NCBI GenBank assembly: GCA_963727455.1
Contig: CAVSGG010000005.1
Span: 480,001-544,000 of the forward strand
DNA: 64,000 nt
Direction of reading: 5' to 3'
Origin: Candidatus Krumholzibacteriota bacterium
GTDB taxonomy: Bacteria; Krumholzibacteriota; Krumholzibacteriia; JAJRXK01
Of the stretch, positions 29,657 through 38,884 are shown piece after piece. Under the pieces are notes generated by a model. That model did not search any database and was not told the origin of the DNA. It saw only the letters and a list, made by a program, of their open reading frames with translations. Position 1 is the first letter of the stretch. Each line of letters opens with the position of its first letter. The position numbers and the translations under genes are program-made.

Positions 29657-30706
29657 TGGAAACCTCGAACTTTGCTCCCGTCGACCGATTGTTTCTCACC
29701 GGCGGCACGGGCTATTTGGGGAAGCACCTCGTGCGCGAGTTCCTCGAGGCCGGCTACGAGCTCTTGCTTTTGACCCGCGAAAACTCCGATCGCAGCGGGT
29801 TGCCACTGGACGGCATACGGTACGTGGAGGGCGACCTGCTCGATCCTTCGAGCTACCGGCATGTCCTGGGAGAGGTCGGCGCGGTCGTGCATTCGGCGGG
29901 CCTGGTGAGCAGCTGGGAAAAAGACAAGAGTCTCTTCGATCGAGTAAACGTGGGAGCTCTGGACGGGCTCTTGCACGCCTGCGGAGAGGCCCAGGTCGCC
30001 CGGGTGGTGTACACCTCTTCCTTTTTCGTGCTGGGTCCCGGAGAAGACGAAGCGCCACGCAACGAAGCGCAGCGCATGCCCGTGGCTGGATTCAATGATT
30101 ACGATCGCACGAAAATTCTGGCGGAACGCTGTGTGAAGCAGCACCGGCAACGGGGGCTCGACATCGTCAGCTCTACTCCCGACGGTGATCTATGGCCCTG
30201 GCGAGCGCACCCAGGGCAACCACGTGGCGAAGATCCTGGAGGATCTCCTGAACCAGAACTTGCCGGGCGTGATCGGAAGCGGGGAGCAAGTTTGGAACTA
30301 CGTGTTCGTGGGTGACGCGGCGCGCGGGCATCGCTTGGCCCTCGAAAGAGGCGAAGCCTGCGCGGACTATCTGCTGGGGGGGGAGAACGCCAGCATGTTG
30401 CGTTTCCTCGAGCTGGCGGCAAATTTGGGCGAGGTGGCCGTGCCCACGCGACGCATCCCTTTCGCCCTTCTGATGGCCGTGGCGCGTTTACAGATGCTTC
30501 GAGCCAAACTCACCGGCAAAGCTCCGGAACTGACCAGCGGGATGGTGCGCAGCTACCAGTATGATTGGGCCTTCGACGACGCCAAGGCCCAACGTGAGCT
30601 TGGCTACCAGGGCAGGCCTCTGCTCGAAGGGCTGCGCGAGACCATCGACTGGTTGCGCAGCGGAGGAGCTTCGCCCTTTCACGACGAACGGTGGGAGTTC
30701 GAGTGA
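29653..30706 (+). CDS. Extended SDR, farnesol dehydrogenase (FLDH)/HpnA-like, frameshift at about 30175
   Basis: TGGTGYLG, HSAGLV..W, VNV, YTSSFFVLG, YDRTK, VIYGPG..T.GN.V, LPG.IGSG, LLGGENAS, AKAQRELGY. Confidence 0.78.
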
Positions 30707-31449
30707 GCGTGATGCCCGCTTTCAGCTACGGTTTCGACTTGCACAAGCTCGCACTCCCTTTAGCGGGGAATCTCGTTCTCGCGCTGTATGCGTGGCGTCG
30801 CAGGCTCGTCAGCCGCAGTGGTTTCATCGGAGGAGCGCTCCTGGGCAGCTGGATTTTGGTGCTAGGAGGAGGTGGAGCCTATCTGCTTCTCTGCGCCTTC
30901 TTCGCCCTGGGCACCGCCGCGACGCAGCTGGGGTATCGCAGCAAGGCGGAAAGAGGATTGGCTCAGGAAGAGGGCGGCCGCCGCGGGGTTCGTCACGTAC
31001 TCGCAAACTGCGGTGTCGGCCTGCTCCTGGTCTTGCTTTTTCCCAGTCGTTTCTCCTTCGCCCTGGGAGCGGCCTATGTGGCCGCCTTCGCCACCGCGAC
31101 CGCCGACACCCTGGGCAGCGAAATCGGGCAGCTGTGGGGAAGGCGCGCCTTCGATCCACTACGGATGCGTCCAGCCCCCTCGGGTAGCGAGGGAGCCGTC
31201 TCCTTGGAAGGGACCCTGGCGGGTGGGCTGGGAGCGGGAATTCTGGCTCTTCTAGGCTCAATTCTGCATTTTTACCCCTATTCCGTGCTCTGGGTCCCCC
31301 TTCTCGCGGGAGTTCTCGGAAGCGGCCTGGAGAGCCTCTTGGGCAGCTCAGGTGCGGTTCGAGGCCGTCTGGACAACGAAGTGCTGAACTTCCTCAACAC
31401 TGCGGTGGGGGCGCTCTTGGCCTGGACCGCGATCCAGATCTTGCCCTGA
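30703..31449 (+). CDS. DUF92/TMEM19 membrane protein (VTE6-like)
   Basis: G.AQ..GGRRG..HVLAN, ATATADTLGSEIG, G.EGAVSLEGTLAG, ESLLG, NEVLNFLNT. Confidence 0.88.
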   Translation: MSVMPAFSYGFDLHKLALPLAGNLVLALYAWRRRLVSRSGFIGGALLGSWILVLGGGGAYLLLCAFFALGTAATQLGYRSKAERGLAQEEGGRRGVRHVLANCGVGLLLVLLFPSRFSFALGAAYVAAFATATADTLGSEIGQLWGRRAFDPLRMRPAPSGSEGAVSLEGTLAGGLGAGILALLGSILHFYPYSVLWVPLLAGVLGSGLESLLGSSGAVRGRLDNEVLNFLNTAVGALLAWTAIQILP

Positions 31450-31843
31450 GGCCTCCCGGCGGGGCACATGCTTGAGTTTTCCCCAGTCCAGTGATAGACT
31501 TAGAACTCGATCGAGAGGGACTCTCCGGGTACCTATGCGCTAGGTCACATCCGGCTGCAATCCTTCTCGATGGATTGCAACTGTGCTACCGCACCAGAAG
31601 GAGTGCCCGTAGAGCTTGGTTAACGCGGTTCCTCATTGCGAGGAACGTTGACATCCGGGGGGGACGTAGCTAGCTACCGATGGCAGGAGTCCGAAGGGAT
31701 GAACTGCGCGGTCTGGTGGAACCCTTGGTGAGAGCTCGAGGTGCACGATCCGAACGATCGTCTACCCGCTGCCATCTCGCTGAACTTGCCTCGTGGAGGC
31801 GAACCCTCGTGCCATAGTCGGTACGAGGGAGGAGCGTAGTGTC

Positions 31844-32659
31844 ATGTCCCTCGATTTTGTCTCAGCGCGATCTCTACTCGCAACCCTCTTGACAGGTTTG
31901 CTTTTGTTCGGCCTCGCAGCGTGTGGCTCGAGCGCGTATACCGACGTCAATTTGCACAAGGATCTCGATGCGCGGAGCACAGGTCAAAACAGCCCGGCTG
32001 CTCGTATTTTCGCGACCGCCCCGGATACCATGCAGGCGCCCCCGGTCTACCGCATCGGCAGTGGCGATGTTCTGGAGGTCGTCTTCTTTACGCACCCAGC
32101 TCAGAACCGCTTCGTGACGGTACGGCCGGATGGACGAATTACCTTGCCCTACGTGGGAGAGTTGATGGCACGCGGCAAGGAACCCGAGAAGCTCGCAGCG
32201 GAAATCCAGAAGGACTACAGCACGGTGCTGGTGGATCCCAAGGTCGACATTCTGCTCAACAAGATCGGGGGACGGTACTACGTGTTGGGGGAAGTGAGGG
32301 CCCCGGGGGAATTCGACTATGAGAAGCCAGTTACCCTGCTTCAGGCCATTGCAAGAGCGGGCGGCTATACCGATGAAGCAAGGCTTAGCAACTTTGTTCT
32401 CATTCGTGCCGATGAGGAAGGCGGGCGCTTCGCCGCTGTATTCAATTTACGTGAGTACATGGGGGAGCGGAGTAAACGGGGAGATGTCTACGTGCAACCG
32501 GACGACATCGTCTGGGCACCAAAAGACAATATCAGCCGATGGGACAATAGCGCTCGCAAAGCGCTCACCGGTCTGCTTCAAACGCAAGACTTGATCTTCA
32601 AGGGACAGCAAATCGCCAATTTCGATAACGTATACCCTGGTAGATTCTACGGTCCTTGA
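31844..32659 (+). CDS. wza: Polysaccharide export lipoprotein Wza/OPX
   Basis: Lipobox LAAC; YRIGSGDVL, VRPDGRITLPYVGE, YVLGEV..PG, TLLQAIARAGG. Confidence 0.85.
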   Translation: MSLDFVSARSLLATLLTGLLLFGLAACGSSAYTDVNLHKDLDARSTGQNSPAARIFATAPDTMQAPPVYRIGSGDVLEVVFFTHPAQNRFVTVRPDGRITLPYVGELMARGKEPEKLAAEIQKDYSTVLVDPKVDILLNKIGGRYYVLGEVRAPGEFDYEKPVTLLQAIARAGGYTDEARLSNFVLIRADEEGGRFAAVFNLREYMGERSKRGDVYVQPDDIVWAPKDNISRWDNSARKALTGLLQTQDLIFKGQQIANFDNVYPGRFYGP

Positions 32660-32689
32660 GATTGCAACGCCGATTGGGAGAAGTAAGCC

Positions 32690-34135
32690 ATGTCAGGACT
32701 CTATAGCCAAGGTCCGGTGCAGGGAGAACGTGATACCACGATGCGCGACCTTCTGTCGGTCGTATTCAAACGCAAGTGGCTCATCATTATTTTCTTTCTC
32801 GGCACCTCCGCCCTCGTTGCACTGAAAGTAGTGACCACGCCGGAGACCTGGTCAGCCGATGCCACGCTCATGCTGCAACGGCAGGGGCGAACCAGCGTTC
32901 TCGAAAAAAGTGGAAGAGCGTTACCCTGGGTCGAGGTCATGGAGTCCGAGGTCGAAATTGCCCGCAGCGTCCCAGTACTTCAACTCGCTCGGGCCAAGCT
33001 CAAGGAGCCCACCAAAGACTTTCCCGAAGGCATTGACATGGGGATCGGGGCACTAGGATCCCACATCAACCCCGGCGGCGTCGGTGAGTCGAACGTAGTA
33101 TTCATTACAGGTACCGGAGAGCAACCGAAATTAGCCATTCGGATCGCAAACAAAGTGGCCGAGGCTTATGTGGAATATCACAAGAAGATGTTTGCACTGC
33201 CCGACGCTTCAGGTGCGGTCAGAGTGCAGGCGGATTCAACCTTAAGGGCTCTCTCCGATCTGCAGGGAGAACGTCAAGAGGTTCTCAAGGAGGCCGGGGT
33301 CACCGATCTGGCGACCGAGGAAGAAAATTTCCACCTCTTGCTTCGCAAGCTGAGGTCTGATCTCAGCGAGGTCGAACTCGAGATCAACACTCTACAGGCG
33401 CAGGTAGCAGCAATCCCAAAGGACGTGGACGGAATCAACGTGGATCTTCCTTTTGATTTGTCCCGGGGCAAAGCACAACCAGAAGTTATGTTGACTGCCT
33501 TGGACAAGTATCGGAAGAGCCTGCAAAACCTCCAGGAACTCAAGTCGCAGTACACAGAGGCCCACCCTCGAGTGAAGTTGGCTGAAGTTGATCTGCAGGA
33601 GAGTCGCCGGAGCTTGGAGAACTCCATTCGCCAGTTAGCTTCTCTGAAGACCGAGGAACTGAATGTGGCAAAAGCCAAGCGCGATGGAGTTCAGCGTCAG
33701 ATTCATGAAATCGAGGCGAAGCTCGCCAAAATGCCCGAATACACGAGAAAGGTGAGCTTCTTGGACACGCAGATCAGCAGTGCGGAGAAACAGTACGCTC
33801 AGCTGAACGAGAAGTATGTGGATACCCACATCAACCAGGTGGGCTATCAGGACTATGGTGTATCTCTTCTGTCACCGGCAATGTCGGCCTACAAGAACAC
33901 GCGCGGCGACCTGGTGCGTATGGCCCTGGCGCCGCTCTTGAGCCTCTTGGCCGGAATCGGTCTGGCTTTCTATCTGGAAAACCTGGACCACTCCATGAAG
34001 ACAAGGGAGGACGTGGAACATCATCTCGAGATCCCCGTCTTGGCGAGCTTTCCCGATGTGGACGAAGGAGAGTCCGATCTCGAGCCCGAAGTGAGACGAA
34101 CCCCGTTTTGGAAGGGCCGCCGTAGCGGCCGCTGA
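32690..34135 (+). CDS. Polysaccharide co-polymerase (Wzz/GumC/Wzc N-terminal-like)
   Basis: Two TMs flanking a long coiled coil; YT..HP.V; C-terminal ENLDHS.KT.EDVE..L..PVLAS.P. Confidence 0.82.
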   Translation: MSGLYSQGPVQGERDTTMRDLLSVVFKRKWLIIIFFLGTSALVALKVVTTPETWSADATLMLQRQGRTSVLEKSGRALPWVEVMESEVEIARSVPVLQLARAKLKEPTKDFPEGIDMGIGALGSHINPGGVGESNVVFITGTGEQPKLAIRIANKVAEAYVEYHKKMFALPDASGAVRVQADSTLRALSDLQGERQEVLKEAGVTDLATEEENFHLLLRKLRSDLSEVELEINTLQAQVAAIPKDVDGINVDLPFDLSRGKAQPEVMLTALDKYRKSLQNLQELKSQYTEAHPRVKLAEVDLQESRRSLENSIRQLASLKTEELNVAKAKRDGVQRQIHEIEAKLAKMPEYTRKVSFLDTQISSAEKQYAQLNEKYVDTHINQVGYQDYGVSLLSPAMSAYKNTRGDLVRMALAPLLSLLAGIGLAFYLENLDHSMKTREDVEHHLEIPVLASFPDVDEGESDLEPEVRRTPFWKGRRSGR

Positions 34136-34160
34136 AGCTCTGCTTGAGGAGCGGTAGAAG

Positions 34161-35681
34161 ATGTATCGGCACCATTTCGGCCTGAGAGAGAAGCCCTTTC
34201 AGATCGCTCCCAGTCCGAGGTTTCTCTTTCCGTCGGAGACCCACGACGAAAGTCGCGCCAGAATCCTTTATGGCATCGAGGACAACCGCGGCTTCGTGGT
34301 GGTCTACGGCAGAGTGGGTCTGGGGAAGACGACGGTGCTGTTGTCGGTGCTGGAGGAGCTCGATGCCAAGACTCGGACAGCGCTCATCTACCAGCCGGTC
34401 ACCAGCTTCTACAACCTGCTGCGCATGTGCGCGCACGAATTCGGCCTGGGCAGCGAGAATCGGGACGAAGTCAATCTCATTTGGGATCTAAACGAGTTCT
34501 TCATCCAGCGACTGTCCGAGGGCGAGAAGTGTGTGCTCATTATCGACGAGGCGCAGAACCTCAGCCTCGAAATTCTGGAGAAGCTGCGCACGCTCAGCAA
34601 TCTGCAGACGGAAAATGCCTCCCTCTTGCAAATCGTGCTCGTGGGCCAACCCGAACTCTACGACAAGCTTTCGGATCCTCGTCTGCTGCAGTTGCGGCAA
34701 CGGGTGGGGGTATGGCACGAAATCGAGGCTCTCGATCAGGAAGAGACCACGGACTACATCTTGCATCGTCTGCATCGAGCGGGAGCGCGCCGGCCGAAGG
34801 ATATCTTTTCGGTAAAGGTGTGTGAGCGTGTCCACCGCCTTTCGGGCGGCGTCCCGCGCGTGGTCAATCAGGTCTGCGATACCGCCCTGATGATCGCATT
34901 TGGCAAGGAGACTCCCAAAGTCACTGAAGAGGAGGTGGTGGAGGCTGCGCGGGAGCTGCATCTTTTGGAGGAAGAACCGAAGCCAGAGCGGCCGCCAAGC
35001 AAGAGAAAATGCCGATCGACGCCGAGGGGCGCTCCGCTGCTGGACGCGTTTGAGCTTCGCCGCAGTCGTTCTCCTGGTCGTTCTTGGAGCGATCTGGGTG
35101 CTCTTCGGCAGCAATCTGCAGCTCTCACTGCGGGGAAAGGGTATGGCCACCGAAAGCGGGGTCGTTGATGCCGTGGCGGCACCCTCCGGGCCGGACTCGA
35201 GTGTCGATGCCCCGGCTTCGGTTTCTCGCCGCAAAAAGGCACGCAGGAGAGCCTTGCCCCACATAGTGGGCAAGCTGGCGCTGAGGAACCCGCACTGGCC
35301 ATCTCGACGCAGCAAGAGCAGCGCATGAGGGCCCACCTGGAGAATCTGCGAAAGCTTCGTGCCGCCGGCAAGCCGGTCTATACGGTGCACCTCAAGTCCT
35401 TCAAGGAGCTGGCACGTGCCCGAGAATTCGCTACTGATGTCGCGAGGGAACAAAATTGGGGACAGCCGGTATTTATGGAACGAAGTGACGGTGGAACGGT
35501 GTGGTACCGAGTGTTCGCGGGAGAGTTTGCCAAGAGCAGCGATGCTTTGGCTTGGATCGCAGAGCTGAAGAGCAGCGGCAAGCTGAGCTACGCCAATTTG
35601 ATAAGACTGAGCCGGGATGTCGAAGTTCTCGTGCCGGCTGAGGCCGACACCAGGGTGTCTTTGAATGGAGTTGAGGGATGA
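34161..35681 (+). CDS. ExeA-like AAA ATPase with TM helix and C-terminal SPOR-like domain, frameshifts at about 35005 and 35300
   Basis: MY..HFGL.EKPF, G.VGLGKTT, IIDEAQNL, LVGQPEL, SGGVPR.VN..CD; TM in a second frame; WYRVFAGEF (SPOR-like) in a third frame. Confidence 0.72.
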
Positions 35682-36508
35682 GCAGCATTCGTGATGCGCT
35701 CAAGCGCGCCGAGCGTGAGCGGCTTCGGCGCCAAGAAGATGCAAAGGTCTTGAGAGAGGTGCGTGCCTCAAACGAGGAGTCGCGTTCTGGCTCGGTCGAA
35801 AGCGATACTCATGGAGTGGACGCCGATCCTCGCCGTGAACTCAAGGTCATCGACAGTCCGCGCATTTTCACGGTGGAAGTCCCCATGGGCTTCGCCGAGG
35901 AGCTGGCGCTGTTCCGGCATGGGGTGGAAGCAGCGGTGCCGAAACCGAGACGTTCTCTACTCCTCAGCGGCGCCACCGCGGGCGAGGGAGTGACGACTCT
36001 CACGACATTCCTGGGGACCAGCCTGGCCGTGCGCGATGGCAAGAAAACCGTGGTGATCGACGCCAGTTTCAAGTCACCGCGCTTTTCGCGCATCTTTGGG
36101 CTTCTGGGCCGTCCCGGTCTCTCTGATTACTGTAGTGGATCCGCGGAGTTGGCGGACGTGTTGGCGAAGACCGACTGCGACCAGCTCTTTCTCATGGGTG
36201 TGGGGACGGAGCTCTACAATCCTTCCCTCATTCTCAGCTCGGATCGGGCCCGTAGTCTCGCCTCCGAACTCACCCAGCGCTTCGACTATGTTCTTTTCGA
36301 TACGGGTGCTGTCCTGGCTCATGCCGAAACCTCCATGCTCGCCTCCAGCGTCGACGGCGTGGTACTGATCGTACGCTCGGGAAAGACCAAACGCGAAGTT
36401 CTGCTCAAGGCGGAGAAACTCATCCGCTTCAGCGGTGGCCGCGTGATCGGTTCAGTCTTGAACCGGCGTCAATATCCCATTCCCGATTCGATCTACAAGC
36501 GACTTTAG
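35678..36508 (+). CDS. CpsD/CapB-family BY-kinase domain with degenerate Walker A
   Basis: MSSIRDAL.RA, GEGVTT, VIDA, FDYVLFDT, VDGVVL.VR.GKT, G.VLN. Confidence 0.78.
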   Translation: MSSIRDALKRAERERLRRQEDAKVLREVRASNEESRSGSVESDTHGVDADPRRELKVIDSPRIFTVEVPMGFAEELALFRHGVEAAVPKPRRSLLLSGATAGEGVTTLTTFLGTSLAVRDGKKTVVIDASFKSPRFSRIFGLLGRPGLSDYCSGSAELADVLAKTDCDQLFLMGVGTELYNPSLILSSDRARSLASELTQRFDYVLFDTGAVLAHAETSMLASSVDGVVLIVRSGKTKREVLLKAEKLIRFSGGRVIGSVLNRRQYPIPDSIYKRL

Positions 36509-36524
36509 GCCGGCGACAGAAGCG

Positions 36525-37733
36525 ATGTCTCTCGCCCTCGACGTCCCTCTACTGCCGCCCGCTTGCCACTCCTACGAGGTCCGTGTGCGAGATCATCTCG
36601 GCGATCTCATCGAGAACGCACGCGCCGCACTCGGTTCGCGGCTGGTTGCGGTGGTTTTGGGAGGTAGCCTGGCGCGCGCCGAGGGAGTGGTGCTGCTCTC
36701 GCGCGATGGCGACAAACTGCTCTCGGACATCGATCTCTATCTCGTGGTCGAGAACTGCGAGAGGGAGGAATCTCGCGGATTGGAGAAGTCCCTCCGCGAG
36801 AAGGCAAGTGGAGAGAAATTTTTCGCGGCGCCCCTCGATCTGGGCTTCGTGCAAAGAAGATGGTTTCGCAACCTGAAGTCCACGATTCCCGCGCATCAAC
36901 TCGCCTTTGGGCATCGAGTACTCTATGACCGCTCCGGAGAATTCGAAGTGGAGATCCCCGCGGTGCAGTCGACCTCGCCGCCGCGAATCGATCGAGATGA
37001 TGCGCTTCGGCTCTTGATGAATCGCTACGCCGAGCAGATTCTCCAGGACGCGAGTCAGCCCGGTTCGGACTTCACGCACTACCACCGCTGGAAGCTCTAT
37101 CTGGATGCCCCATTGGCCTGGCTCGCGACGACCGGCCGCTATCATCCCCGACGCGAAGTCCAGCGCGAGCGCTTGGCCGAGCTCGAGGGATCCAGAAGCT
37201 TGCAGGAGTGGCTGGGTGCCGGCTTGGAGAGGCTGGAGCAAATCCGGCAGGCGATGCGGGGCGGTCCCGTCGACCGCGCGGAGCTGCAGGCTTTGCAGGG
37301 AGACGAACTCGCGTGGAGTTGGCCCTTTTTTCGGGCGGGTCTGCGGGTGGCGATCGGAGAGCCGGGCAGTTCTGACGCCGCAAGCTTGGCGAAGGCGGTG
37401 CAAGAGGGCGCTCCCGGGAAGGGAGATCGCGAACTGGGAATTCGCTGGCTGCAGCGCCGTCCTCTCTTGGCGCGCCTGAGGGAGTCGAGGCGATGGGCGC
37501 GGGTGGGACCCTCTACCTCGCGCTCCTGGATCTCCCACGCGCGAGGCGGAACCGGTCGCGACCGGGTGCAGCTGGCCTGCGCGCTCTACTTTGGCGGTCT
37601 GGACACTTGGGTCGATGCTCTGCGCGATCTCATCCCCGACGGGGAGCTAAAGCGGCGCAGCGCGGGGGGCGACCAAGCGGAATGGTTGGGGGGACTCTGG
37701 TCTGATTGGGTCATGGGAGGGACCCGCTCGTGA
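36525..37733 (+). CDS. Pol-beta-superfamily nucleotidyltransferase-like protein
   Basis: LGGSLARAEG...SDIDLYLV (GS...DxD), a third acidic residue in LDLGF, then a helical C-terminal region. Confidence 0.6.
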   Translation: MSLALDVPLLPPACHSYEVRVRDHLGDLIENARAALGSRLVAVVLGGSLARAEGVVLLSRDGDKLLSDIDLYLVVENCEREESRGLEKSLREKASGEKFFAAPLDLGFVQRRWFRNLKSTIPAHQLAFGHRVLYDRSGEFEVEIPAVQSTSPPRIDRDDALRLLMNRYAEQILQDASQPGSDFTHYHRWKLYLDAPLAWLATTGRYHPRREVQRERLAELEGSRSLQEWLGAGLERLEQIRQAMRGGPVDRAELQALQGDELAWSWPFFRAGLRVAIGEPGSSDAASLAKAVQEGAPGKGDRELGIRWLQRRPLLARLRESRRWARVGPSTSRSWISHARGGTGRDRVQLACALYFGGLDTWVDALRDLIPDGELKRRSAGGDQAEWLGGLWSDWVMGGTRS

Positions 37734-38884
37734 GTAAGCGGAAGATGGCACTCATGGTGATGGTCGACGCGCTGGGAGGACGCTTTCTGCGCGAACACAA
37801 TTTCTTGCCCGAACTGGAGTATCGTGCCTCTCTACGTACGGTACTGGGGTTCTCGTGCGCATGTCAGCCGGCTTTGCTCAGCGGCAAGAACCCTTCGGAA
37901 AATGGCCACGGCGCCATGTACGTGCGCAGAGGCGAGGAGTCCGTTCTGGATGCGGCCAGGCCCTTCGACAAGCTCCCCGCCTTTCTCGGGGAAAACCACC
38001 GAGTGCGCGCGAAGATCTACGGACGCGTGGCCTCGCGAATCGAGGGATACTTCAGCCTCTATGATGTACCGACTCGCCTGCTTCCCCGATTCGATCTCTC
38101 GGAAAAGGGCAGGATCTTCCGGCCCCAGGGACTCAACCGGGGAAAGAGTATTTTCGATCGCCTCGTCGAACTGGGTCTCAACTTCCGCAGCTACGACTGG
38201 AGCACGCCGGAGGTCGACAACCTGCAGGCTTGCGAATACGACATTCGCAGCCGGAGAGTGGATTACATCTTCCTCTATTTGCCGGGCCTCGATGGACTCT
38301 TGCACGCGCACGGACCGGGCGGGCAGGAAGTTCTGAAGCACCTTTCTTGGTACGAGGCTCGTCTGCGGCGCCTCATCAGTCTGGGAGAGGAGAGCACAGA
38401 CAGCTTCGAGTTCTTCCTGTTCAGCGATCACGGCATGAGCCCGGTGCACGGGGGAATCGACCTCATCTCCAAGATCGAGCCAACGATGGGCCGCAATGGA
38501 AAGCGCTATCTCGCTTTCTATGATTCCACCATGGCTCGCTTCTGGTACGAGGACGAAGAGGTGGGAGCTCAGTTGGTGGCTTTGCTCAACAACATCGAAG
38601 GGGGACGCCTGATTCCCGAAGATGAACGGGCCGAACTGGGGGTGCGCTTTGCCGACCGCAGCCAGGGGGATCTGCTTTTCGTGGTGCAGGAAGGTCTCCT
38701 GATTCTACCCAGCTACATGGGCAAGACCATGCTCGCCGGCATGCACGGCTACCATCCGGATGCGCAACACGCTGACGCCTGCCTTCTGGGCTCCTACGCC
38801 CCGGACCTCGGCATGAGTCACATCCGTGACCTTTACCGCCTCATGGATTCCATCGCGGTCAGCGTGAAGGAATCGAAATCGTGA
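37730..38884 (+). CDS. Alkaline-phosphatase-superfamily (nucleotide pyrophosphatase/phosphodiesterase-like) protein
   Basis: MVDALG, LD.LLH..G, FSDHGM, GMHGYHP metal-ligand motifs; no signal peptide. Confidence 0.78.
   Translation: MSKRKMALMVMVDALGGRFLREHNFLPELEYRASLRTVLGFSCACQPALLSGKNPSENGHGAMYVRRGEESVLDAARPFDKLPAFLGENHRVRAKIYGRVASRIEGYFSLYDVPTRLLPRFDLSEKGRIFRPQGLNRGKSIFDRLVELGLNFRSYDWSTPEVDNLQACEYDIRSRRVDYIFLYLPGLDGLLHAHGPGGQEVLKHLSWYEARLRRLISLGEESTDSFEFFLFSDHGMSPVHGGIDLISKIEPTMGRNGKRYLAFYDSTMARFWYEDEEVGAQLVALLNNIEGGRLIPEDERAELGVRFADRSQGDLLFVVQEGLLILPSYMGKTMLAGMHGYHPDAQHADACLLGSYAPDLGMSHIRDLYRLMDSIAVSVKESKS

Noticed and set aside
27674-31449. Complete tocopherol or chlorophyll pathway, or hopanoid (hpn) cluster
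   Set aside because: No HPPD, methyltransferase, cyclase, bch/chl, shc or hpnCDE genes in the window; only prenol activation and transfer functions are visible.
36525-37733. CBASS cyclase or MNT-HEPN toxin-antitoxin
   Set aside because: No effector, Cap or separate HEPN gene nearby, and the gene is overlap-coupled to glycan genes.
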